DNA of 64,000 nucleotides from Tubiluchus corallicola (lineage: Eukaryota; Animalia; Priapulida), in contig JAQGDQ010000157.1 in NCBI GenBank assembly GCA_030141605.1, positions 323,266-387,265 on the forward strand. Direction: 5' to 3'. Every line of letters starts with the position of its first letter. Position 1 is the first letter of the stretch. This document shows, in pieces, positions 29,701 through 41,700 of the stretch. Under the pieces are notes generated by a model that saw only the letters and a list, made by a program, of their open reading frames with translations, did not search any database and was not told the DNA's origin. The position numbers were made by a program, and so were the translations under genes.

Positions 29701-32700
29701 ACGGCTGATTGATGGCTTCCCGTACAAACGTGCCCAAATATGGAAAGAGGCACGTGTCGACATTCCACCTCTTGTGCGGCCTTACGTTTGGGCAGCGTTA
29801 CTCGACGTTGAGGTGAGTAATATAGGTTATGTTTGGTTAAAAAACCACTTTAGAAGTCATTACAGTATGAACAAGGCAGTAGGTATTTGATCTTTAGCCG
29901 AGCAGGTGAGTATTTGCACTTTAATATAGGTTAGGTTAGGTTAGAACACCATTTTAGAAGCTGTTACAGTACCAACAGGCAGTAGGTATTTGATCTTCAG
30001 CCAAGCTTCAATTGTTGCGCCTCTTGCTGAGTGTTTTGTTCAAATAAGTGCGAAAGCGCACCCATTTAATGGCAAACATCCAAGTAACTGGAATCAGAAT
30101 TCTAGGAATTTGGGCAGATCTGCCGTCTAGCAAGCCTTTTGTTAATTGTATCTAACTAAGCATCAATGAAAATAGTTTTTGCTATAGCTAAATGTTGCTG
30201 TATTTTAATATCCTGTTGTCCTGATTTTGTTATAGCTGCGACTACAGAATGGGCAACTATAGAGTTATCAGTTCTGTATGTCTGTCTGTCCATCTGTCGC
30301 CACTTTTTCTCAGCTCTGGAGTAACCTAGGAAGTTGATACCTCGCATGGGGGAAGAGCGAGGTCAACCTCTAAACCCAATTATTTTTTGATCAACCACTG
30401 CAGATTTTAATTTTTAAAAATCTGCATATAGTATCTAAGAGTTGTAATTTGCCTATGCTAAGTCCTGAGATACGTGTAGCTAGGCGATCAATATCCACCA
30501 GTGTCAGCCAAGTGAAACACTTATTAGTAGGGTATCAGCAGGGTGGGTCATGTTTAGGTACTGTGGAGCTGCAGCAGCCCCTATTTTCACTCAATACTAT
30601 TGATAATATTCAATATAATAAGTCTTTTTTCTTTAGTACTTTCTTTATACTTGTATAGAACCAGAGCACATGAGGGTAGTACTGTTTGCTTCACAGCCCA
30701 GCACCAGCAACATGGCGTTTGACTGTTGCGTGCATTATGGCCGTGCATGAAGGTAGAGAAAGTACTGTTGCTCACACAGTTTGTTGCCAGTTGGTTGTCA
30801 CATGCTTACCTTGAATGGATCAAGCTTGCATTGTGATAATTTAGGCTATTAATAAGAAAAAACATTTTTTGTTTAGGATTTTATCGAGTTTATGTATAAA
30901 CTTTCGTATGTTTGTTTGTTTAAAATTACAATTACAAATTAGAACATTAAAATTACACATGTTTGTTTCATTTTACACGGTATTAAAACAATGGCTAAAC
31001 ATTTTCTGAAACAGCAGCCCCACTTCGAGCCACCATTGGGTATCAGATAACAATAGTGACACGTTTTAAACCTGCACGGGTTTAAATGTTGGGTATGCTT
31101 CGTGTTCAGTCTGTATTTGGATCTATTATGATAGTACAGTTAAACCCCATCATACCGTCCATTTTGGGAGTAGAAAGAGTTGGCGTTATAGTGAATTTGG
31201 CATTATAACAAGGTGTGTTAAATTTTGCCATAGATGAATTACAAGACAGTCAGAGGTTTCTTACAGAGGGCTTCTTATTGAGGGCGTTATATCAAGAACC
31301 GGCTGGCCTTAGTTGAGAGACTTGAGGCTGCTGGCTGTATTTCCCAATATATGTGAACACATATTAATTTGCCTGGTGGATGGCGGGTGACGGGTGGTGG
31401 TATAAAGGGTTATTTTTATAGACTGTTGAATACACTGGTTTCTTTCCTGGCCATTTTCCAGGCAGTAAACGAGTTTGGCAGTATAACGAGGTGTGACTGT
31501 ACAATTTTTTTACAGAAATTTTGTATTCTTTGTTTTAGTGTCAATGCAGAAAATACATATTTGTGGACGTTTCCTCTGAATCAGTGGCAGCTCAAAGCTA
31601 AAATTAGTGGGGTGTTGCTTCAGAAAATTGTTAGCCATTGTTTTAATACTGTATAAAATGAAACAAACATATGTAATTTTAATGTTGTAATTTCTAATTC
31701 TAATTTTAAACAAACAGACATATGAAAATTTATACATAAACTTGATTAAATCCTTAACAAAAAATATTTTTTGCTTACTAATAGCCTAAATTGTCACAGT
31801 CGAAGCTTAATCCATTCACGGTAAGCACGTGACAACTGACAACAAACTGTGTGAGCGACAGTACTTTCTCTACCTGGGCTCAGACATGTGCACATGGCCG
31901 CATGCACACAACAGCCAAACACCCACCGCATTGCTGGGGCGTACTGTGCTGGGTTGTGAAGCAAACAGCACTACGCTCATGTGCTCTGGTTCCGCGTAAG
32001 TATAAAGAAAGAACTAAAGAAGAAAGACTTATTATATTGAATATTGTCGATAATACTGAGTGAAAATAGAGGGTGCTGCAGTTCCACAGTACATATACAC
32101 GAGCCACCACTGGTCTCAATCACATTGGGACAACTATGTCCCTCTACTGAGGGCTGTCCTGATTTCTTGAAATTGAGTTTTGAAGTTTTTAGGTTTATAT
32201 GTAAATTTGTAAAATGTTTAGGAACAAAATTAGTAATTTGTTATTGTTTCTTTGTTGACGGTAATGGCCAAAGATAAGGTTCTGTTTTATTTTTGTTGTG
32301 ATAGATTGATAATATAAATGCTTACGAGCAAATTGACAAGCAAGTGCCAATGGTGACCGACAGACAGATTGAGGTGGATATTCCACGATGTCATCAGTAC
32401 AATCAGTTGTTATCTTCACCGGAAGCCCACAAGAAATTCAAGCGCATATTGAAAGCTTGGGTTATCAGTCATCCACACTACGTGTATTGGCAAGGCTTGG
32501 ACTCGTTGTGCGCCGTATTTCTTTATCTAAATTTTAATAATGAAGGTGTGTAAAGCGTATATTCATTTTAGAGAATCATAGCATGTGTAATTTAACAATA
32601 CAAATCAATGTCTGCAAAAATGCTTTATGTTTGCTTCACAGCCCAGCACAGTGGCATTTGGGTGTTGTGTGCATACGGCCATGCGCACATGTCCGAGGTA

Positions 32701-35700
32701 ACATGCTGTTCGGTGCGCTGCTAGCAACTGCTGTTTAGTAGAGAATAAGCACTGGCCCTCACACAGTCTGTCAGTTGTCACATACTTAAAAATCATGTAC
32801 CGGCATATTCTTGAACTGTGGCAATTTAAGCTATTCTTAAGCAAAAATTTTTTTGTTCAGGATTTTATCAAGTTTACTTGAAAATTTTTATATGTTTGTT
32901 TGTTTAAAATTACAATTACAACATTAAAATTACATATGTCTGTTTTGTTTTACGCGGTATTAAGACAATGGCTAAAATTTTCCTGGAGCAACACCGCCAC
33001 TAATTTTAATTACGAGCTGCAACTGGTCCTGTTTTCGTTCGAAGTGCCATTTTTTCTGCTTTGCTGGCTGTGCATTTTTTTGCATATGTAGTATAGCTCC
33101 ACAGGTGTTCAGAATGGAAAGCTTGTAGTAAACTAGAAGGTCAATGATTTGCCATTTGTGCAATTTTTATTCCAATGAAAGCTATACTCAGGAAACAATT
33201 GGGCTTTCCCGAGTTTTAACCACTAACTGAAAATTTTGCTCTGCCAATTAACCAACAGAAAGAAAATCTTGTTGACTTTTTTTGAAAAATATATAATATG
33301 AAGAAGCTTGCTGTAATCAAATAAAATGTCTTTTTTCTTTGAATACAATTTTAAATTTTATGTGTTTTCTACCAGTTTTTCATTTATACAGTGTAAGATG
33401 AAATTTATCATATCACAAAACATTCATATGCTTGTCATAACAATTTGCAGAACAAAGTGAAATATTTCAAATGGAATTAGTCATTATTTTTAGATATTTA
33501 GAAGTAAATTCCTTTACACACACTAAAAGCAAAATTATGTTGTGAGATCAACAACGGGGAAATTATCACGTTTGAAGTGTGTCCCTGACTACCCAATATG
33601 TTGTAAGGTTTTCCATTACAAGTACTAATTTGTTTATTAGCTGTGGGATTCTGAGTAGCATTTATTGCATGCTATTTCCGGATGAGTTAAATTAAACTAC
33701 TAACTAGTTTTTTTTGCTTTCTTTTAGCTCTGGCTTACGCATGTCTGACTGCTTTCATCAATAAATACCTGCACAAGTTCTTTCTCAGAGACAATTCACC
33801 TGTGATACAAGGTACCTATGATGCTTGCACTTAATTTGAGAGATTTAGGGTCATCCATATAATTACGATATCAGATTTAGAGTAGGTAGGTGGCAGGAGA
33901 CATGATAACCCCATTATAACGCAAGGTAGGTAGGTGATTTAATTATGATGTCGGTATCTAACTTCACGCTCCTTTTAGTGGTTGTAATCAGCAGTGAGAA
34001 GGAGGAACCTGCAAAATGTGTCGATGAGAATGTGTTCAGTGAATTGGGGTGGCCACCACCTTTACCGCCAATGGCAGTAGAATCCACTGATGGTTTCCCC
34101 TTAATTAACACCACAAGTGATGTTGTTGCCTGTCCTTTGGAGGCGAATAATAAAATGTACAAGAAGCTACATCGGTGCAATATTGATATCAATATAAAGG
34201 GTAGGTAGGTGATGGGGCGTATGATAGCGCAATTATAATGCAAGGTATGGAGGTCCTTCAAATTGGCCAAAAACTTGATACTGTTATACTTTAGAAATAA
34301 TTACTACCTGCAAGCATTATTATAGAATAATAAAGAATAGTTTTAGTCTGGATATCGAACCCCGAATCTTCTGATGGCCATATAGATGTGTAAACCATTA
34401 TATGACTACTTAACCGAAGACAGGCTTTCACAAGTCTATAATGTTTATATGGTACGAATTCATTATTTGCTTATTGCATATTATATTTGCAGCCATCACA
34501 GTGCTATAAAGAAAAGCTATGTGATAACTTTCCTATTGTTTAATACAGAATATCTTGCTGTATTCTCCCATATGATTGCACTTCATGATCCGGAGTTGAC
34601 AAATCATCTGGATAGCATAGGATTTATCCCAGAGGTAAGCAAGAAATAATGAACACTTTTGTTTATTGTGTACTAAAATCAATTTACTTTTTGTAGAGGC
34701 AGGATAACAGGAATTAGTTTATTTACAGAGTTTACAGTTCCCCACACAATTTAAATAATGTAACCCTAATCTAATCATAACCCCAACTCTAATCCTACCC
34801 AACCTTAATCCTAATCCAATCCTAAGCCTACGCAACCCTGACCCTAATCTAACACTAACCCAATCCTAACCCCAACTCTAACCCTAATTAGCTTCATGAA
34901 CTGATTTCTTGCTTTGGGGACATTGTAAACTTTAGGCTAACTTTGGAGCTGGCATTCAAGTTGATACCTTGCCACAAACATCTCATCACTTTGCAATTTT
35001 CTTTCGTGTTATTTTCAAAGATAAACCTGGTGTCAGATTAAGATAACACCACTGCACTTAGTTGCTTTCTTAAGTAAAACACAATTTTGGGAGCAAATTT
35101 TAATTTTTCTTAAACATCCATACTTTTATACTTATTATATGCTGTGTTATTACTAAGCATTCATATTCTGCTTATGTGCATTTTATCTGAGATGTAATAT
35201 CATTTTCATAGATATTTTTATTCTTTCAGCTGTATTCCATTCCCTGGTTTTTGACTATGTACACGCGTGAGTATTTTAATACGTGCTTTTATTTAAATTT
35301 GCACTGCTGCTTTTAATCAATTTGGCCAAATTGCTGTACAATGTTGGTGACTTTTGTCTGTTGCAATTCCGCTGGAACAGTGATTTCGTGGTAGTGTATG
35401 GAGTGATCTGGAGTCTGTGGACTTGACTTCATGATAGTGTGTGCGAAGTGACCTGGAGTCTGCAGACTTGATTTCGTGGTAGTGTGTGGAGTAACCTGGA
35501 GTCTGTGGACTTGATTTCATGATAGTGTATGGGGTGATCTGGAGTCTGTGGACTTGATTCATGATAGTGTGTTGAAGTGACCTGGAGTCTGCAGACTTGA
35601 TTTTATGGTAGTGTATGGAGTGACCTCTAGTCTGCGAACTTGATTTCATGGCAGTATGTGAAGTGAGCTGGAGTCTGTGGACTTGAATTCATGGGAGTGT

Positions 35701-38700
35701 GTGAAGTGAGCTGGAGTCAGTGGACTTGAATTCATGGTAGTATGTTGAGTGACCTAGAGTCTGTGGTCCCTGGAGTGCTCAAACAATTTGCCCCTTAAAT
35801 TTATTAACCTGATTGTTACAGAAAGTTTTAAGTGGACTTCTGTGTGGAATGCTTAACATTGTATATGTGCACAACATGACTTAACATAAGTAATTTATTT
35901 ATAAAATGCTAAAGTTACAATCTTTAAAAAACAATTTAAGATATTGAAAACATGGGTGCATTCAAAATGCAATAAAAAGTCTGATAAGCTTTAACACTGG
36001 CAAGCAGAAATTTTGCTGTTTTATTACCAAGTGAATACTAAATATCGTCATTTATGCTGGCCTGTTTGGTGATTTGTACAGGGTCGTACTGACTGCAAAG
36101 CATTAGTGGTTTGTATGATATTTAAGGAAAAGAACACGTCATTCAGTATGTTGGCTTTCTTTTACTGTTGTCACTTAAACTTAGAAAAATATAACAAGGA
36201 AATTTGTGCTAAACTATCTATAAAGCATAAATTTAAAATATACTACCTCTGAATAAAAATTTTCAGGCATGGTGGTTGTCACCATTCACTCAAAATCATG
36301 ACATAACTGGGAGACTTCGTAACTTTTCATAAGCACCCTTTGGCTTTCCCTAAGCGCGTGCTGCTTACACTAATTTGAACTTTTCCAGCTTACCTAATGT
36401 TCACGCAAAAATCTCACAAAGTCAGCCATCTATGTACTTTTAATGGAGATTTGCAGTGCGCTACTTTTCTTCAGGACAAATGGCGTCATTGGAAGAAGAA
36501 TGGGCGTTCAAAATGGGAGCGCCCAAGCATGAAGTGATCGCGACTTTAAAGTGATTTTACTAGTTTCACGAGGTGCTTATTGCAGTTTTATTGCTAAATC
36601 ATTCTAACATTTTTCACGACCATTGAGATAAGCCTAACTTCCCAGAAGGCTTGGCCCTTCCTTTAAGGAGTGCTTTCAAGTGGCATTTACCGTGGAGTAT
36701 ACAAGTATTAACAAAACCCCCCATTGATGCTAGCTCAATACTTCTTGTGCTGTGAAAACAACTTGTGCCTTCTTAAGTTATGTGTTACAATATAGTATTT
36801 GAATAATTATTTTTATTTGCATAGCTAGTGCAGAAGAAACTGTACTGTTTCACATGTCATTAGTTCTACATTTATGTTACTATGATGGTTCATTAGTTTG
36901 TATAAATTAATGAATGATCAATGAAAGTGCTGATATGTTTTAGCATTTGTTTATGGTCGAGTAAAAGCTTTTTGCTTGGTTTGCTTAGCCAGTAATTGTA
37001 CCAGCTCGCTTAATGGATGTTTGTGCTTGCCTACAGTGAACATTCCTGTCTTTACTGACAGTATACTCACTGTATTGTATTGTTCCTTGCTTTTAGTACT
37101 GGTAACTTTATGGTAATTTTCCACACGCATGCTTGATCGCAGCTTGAGAGTATTTAACCATGCCGGAATCAAATGCTACTGATTTGAATTTCACAAGCAG
37201 TGAACTAATAGATGGACTTCACAGTAGTGCCATCATTTCTATTAATTACATTGTTTATTTTGTCTTCATGTGCATGGCCACAACTTTTTCCGTCGTTCTT
37301 AATGCATTATTTGTCACATCAGTATGCAAATTTCGTAGACTGCGTAGCAATGCAAACCTTATCTTAGCTTCACTTAGTGTACATGAATGTCTGATAGGAG
37401 TGATTGTGTTAGTTTTAGAGATACTGTTATTCATCATAAACCACAAAGAAATTGGAATTGTTTACAATTCTGTTAAGTGCTCTCAAATTGCTGGGTATTT
37501 GGCCTTTGCTAATAACATCTTCGGACATTTGATACTGGTTAGTGTAGAAAGATATGTGGCCATATTGTGGTCGCTGCGTTATCACCAAATTGTGACGTTC
37601 AGAAGATTAAAAGTGTTTTTAGCGGCAGTATGGTGCTCCTCCGCTCTGCAACCTGCACTGCTCTTTTTTCCAGTGTGGATTAAACACTCTTGGGATTGTG
37701 AACATGCCTACACGATATCATATTCGCTGTACCACACTTTGTATATTCTAATAATTTTTATTCTACCAGTGTGTGCGTTGGTCGTAGTTTACGTCAGAAT
37801 CTGGGTTGCAGCTGTACGTCAGATAAAGCGCATTTACACCGTGACTTGCGTTACCGAAAGGAGAAGTGTTCAAGTGGAAAACAGAGCTACCGCAACTATC
37901 GGCATTACTCTGTTCATCTTGGTTGCCTGTTGGCTGATTGGTTTTGTTCATTTGATTGTGCAAAAATGGCGTCAGCCTGCGCCTGAAGATTATCGTGCCA
38001 CTTATGTGTTAATCACAATTGGCATTAGCATGAACCCATTGGCATTTGGTTTGAGACACAAAGACATGCGGAGAGCATTTTGGTCTGTCTTAAAATGCCA
38101 TTCATCATTGTAATTGTGTTACTTTTGATTACTCTTTGACTACTCTTGATTACATTTACAAATATCTTGCTAAAAATTTTCACTTTTCTGTTCACGTTAG
38201 TTCAGCTAAAAAGAGTCGCAGCGAGTATCTGTATTTAAACCAGGGTAATTAAAATTGCTGCGCATATTTTTGCTGTTATTAAGCATTATTCATGATAACA
38301 GCCATAAGCTCATTGTCTGAATGTAATAAACAGTTGCAACTATTTTTATTTTCAGAAGCTAATAGCTGTTTTTTAGTTTTTGAGCTCTACGAATAGTTAT
38401 ATTTTTGGGTACACTTAAGCAACACAAAATATGAATATACGTATGTGTTCATGATTGTTTATGTATTACAAATGATTAGTTACCTGTAGATTTTTTGAGA
38501 AGTCATTACAAGACTTTTAGACAAAAAAATTATATCGTCATCAATATAAATGATGATGAAACGGTGATTCTTGTTTATATTACTTGACTGACAGAGCCAT
38601 CATAGAAAACCTCACTGTGCTTCCATTTTTGTTTGCATAAGATAGACAAACATCATCTTTGCATAAGACAGGTAAACAAGAAAAATGTTTATTGATTTTT

Positions 38701-41700
38701 GTTTGTGTTCCACAAAAGCTTTCTGTTTGGTTTGCTGTTACAACTTACCCGAATCTTGGTTGTCATACATTTACTTGTCCCCACTCAAAGAGTGATGCAT
38801 TAGTTGTGCTAGTTTAAGGCTACAGGAGCTACTGTCGTCAAGCATCTCATAAATGATCAGCATATTTCATTAGCCTGTCATTCGGCATCATGGTTGAACT
38901 GAACTTTAGCGACATAGACATTTTAAATCGCACCGATTTGGAAGAAGTACAGAGCAGAACTGCCAGTTACAGTCATATAATATATTTTGTTGTTTGTTTT
39001 ATTCTTGCAATTTTATGTATCATTTTAAACGCGTTGCTTACGATCTTAATATGTAAATATCGTTATTTACAAAGTAATGCGAACTACGTTCTAACCTCTC
39101 TTAGTGTGTGTGAATGTTTGGCTGGCGCGATAGTACTGGTACTAGAATCACTGATATTTGCTACTAGACAGACTGGAGATAATAAAACAATGAACAATGA
39201 TTATCATTCAATTGTTTGCATTCAAAAAACTTTGTATTATGTACTTTCTTTTAGCATTTTTGGACACCTGTTATTAGTGGCCATAGAAAGATATGTAGCT
39301 ATAATGTGGTCACTGCATTATCATCAAATTGTGACTCCCAGAAAGTTAAAAGCATCTTTAATAATTGTGTGGTGCTTATCAACACTGCAGCCTACCTGGT
39401 TTTATTTTCCTTTCTGGGTGAAATATTCTTGGCAGTGTAATTTTGAAACGTTTGGCAAAATACATTCGATATATCATATTTTTTACATGCTAGTTTTCTG
39501 GGTTCTGCCTTTGTGTGCATTAGTCATAGTTTATGTTAGAATCTGGATTGAAGCTGTACGCCAGACAAGGCGCATTCGTTCAGTGAATTCCATCGCCCAA
39601 AGGAGAAGTGTTCAAGTGGAAAACAGAGCAACATTTACTATTGGAATTATCATCTTCATTCTGATATTTTGTTGGATGTTCACTTTCGCACAAGTCGTTA
39701 TCAACAGGTGGTGTGACTGCATCCCGGGAAAAAACGAGATTGGTTATGTTTTAATATTGTTTGGCTGCACTATGAACCCGGTTGTATTTGGTCTGAGAAA
39801 CAGCAATGTGCGCAGTGCACTTAGCTCTATGCTGAAGTGCACATGATCTGTATCTGTAGTGCAATGTGTGCAGTACTCTTAGTTCTATGCTGAACTCCTT
39901 AATGTTTTATTTGCCAAGTTTTAAAATGAAATATACATGAAAATAAAGATAATATTACGTAAAATATAACATTACATGACTTCTGTTGCATCTTTTCGTG
40001 AGCACTTTTGATGTAAAGTGCACATTATCCATATAATTATTATTTACAAGTGACTGTATTTCATGGTTTGGGCTAACTGTTGCATTTTGGACCTTTGTCC
40101 AGCTTGCTCTCTGCTTTGCAATGCTCTACATTGATTTTTTTTGCCAAATTGCAAGAAAATCTATACAAACGTTTTTGTAGACTTCAAATGCCACTGACAA
40201 CTCAATGCACATTAATTTGCTATCAACTGCATATTTGTGTTACTGTAGTCTGTAATTAGTTGACATGTGTAACAGCATTCATGTTTTGTTGTTTGATTTC
40301 TGGCCCTCTAAAAGCTTTTGCTTTGTTTGCTGATCTAACATTCTCTGTTGTAGTGCTGCCTGGAACAACATCATTAATTGTTCGTAACAGCTTCATTAAG
40401 CCTGCCATTGATTATGTGTCTGAATGCAGAAACGGGTGCTTCTTCTGTCATGTTGGAAGTGAATTCTACAGAATCGTTTGTTTTAAATTTCACAGCAGAG
40501 AAAGAGCTGACAAATACTTTTTGTGATGACACTGCATTCTATAAAGACATTGTTTATTTTGTCTTCATGTGCATGTCCTCAACTTTTTCCATCGTTCTGA
40601 ATGTTCTTTTTATCACTTCAGTATTTAGATTTTGTCAACTGCAGAGCAACTCAAATTATATCATAGCCTCACTCAGTGTATCTGAATGTCTCATTGCATT
40701 GAGTGCATTGGTGCTAGAGGTACTTTTATTTACCACAAAATGCAAATCAGATGGTTCTAGCAACATTTATTATTCAGCCAGATGTTTTCAAAAGTCTTGG
40801 TATTTTGCCTTGGCATGCAATGTGTTTGAACATTTGTTATTAGTGGGCATAGAAAGATATGTTGCGATAGTTTGGTCACTTCGTTATCATCAAATTGTGA
40901 CACCCAGAAGATTAAAAGCATCTTTAGCAATTGCTTGGTGTGTTTCAGCTTTGCAACCTTTGGGCCTGTTTCTTCCTTTTTGGATCAGACATCGGCAGTG
41001 TTTTGATGTTTTTACACTATCATATGCCACATATTATACTTTGTACATGCTAACATTCATTATTGCTCCGTTGCTTGGCTTAGTTGTAGTTTATGCACGA
41101 ATTTGGATTATAGCTGTCCGTCAAGCGAAGCGCATTTATGAAACGACTTCTGTTATTGAAAGGAGAAGTGCTCAAATAGAGAACAGAGCTACAGTAACTA
41201 TTGGCATTATTATATGCGTCTTCATTGCCTGTTGGTTCTCTGGTTTCATTGAGACAATCGTCCATAAATGGTGTCAGTGTGTGCCAGGAGGATATCGGAT
41301 CTGTTATGTCTTGGTCACTATTGGCATTAGTGTAAACCCACTCGTGTTTGGCTTGAGACATAAAGACGTGCGCAAGGCATTTTGGTCTATCTTGAAATGC
41401 AGATCATTGACATGTTCAGAGCAGATGTGACTACTTAGTGTCATAGCATCCATTTTGTATCTATGTCAGATTACGTCACGTCTTATCAATGTTCGGAACA
41501 AAACCATATCCCGAGTTAATTGAGCATAACTAGTTACCACAGATAAAAGTAGACACAGTGACAATAACTGTGTATGTTTCTGTAGTTAACACCCTTGCGT
41601 TACTATTTGAGAATATGGACCCTTCATTAGGTTGGTGTTAAATTTTCACTATTACATGGCTTATGTAAGTAAATTGCTGGAATTGCTGTTTTGTACCATT

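Noticed and set aside
33914-34270. Overlapping ORFs of 87 and 118 aa in intron 14
   Set aside because: No recognisable homology; lies within what looks like a decayed DNA element starting GGGTCATCCAT.
35317-35767. Second CRISPR-like array / His-rich ORF on the minus strand
   Set aside because: Head-to-tail diverged minisatellite without spacers.
37160-41430. Assigning the nested GPCRs as adrenergic, histamine, adenosine or trace-amine receptors
   Set aside because: No TM3 Asp and altered TM2/TM6/TM7 motifs; similarity is generic class A, so no gene symbol is given.
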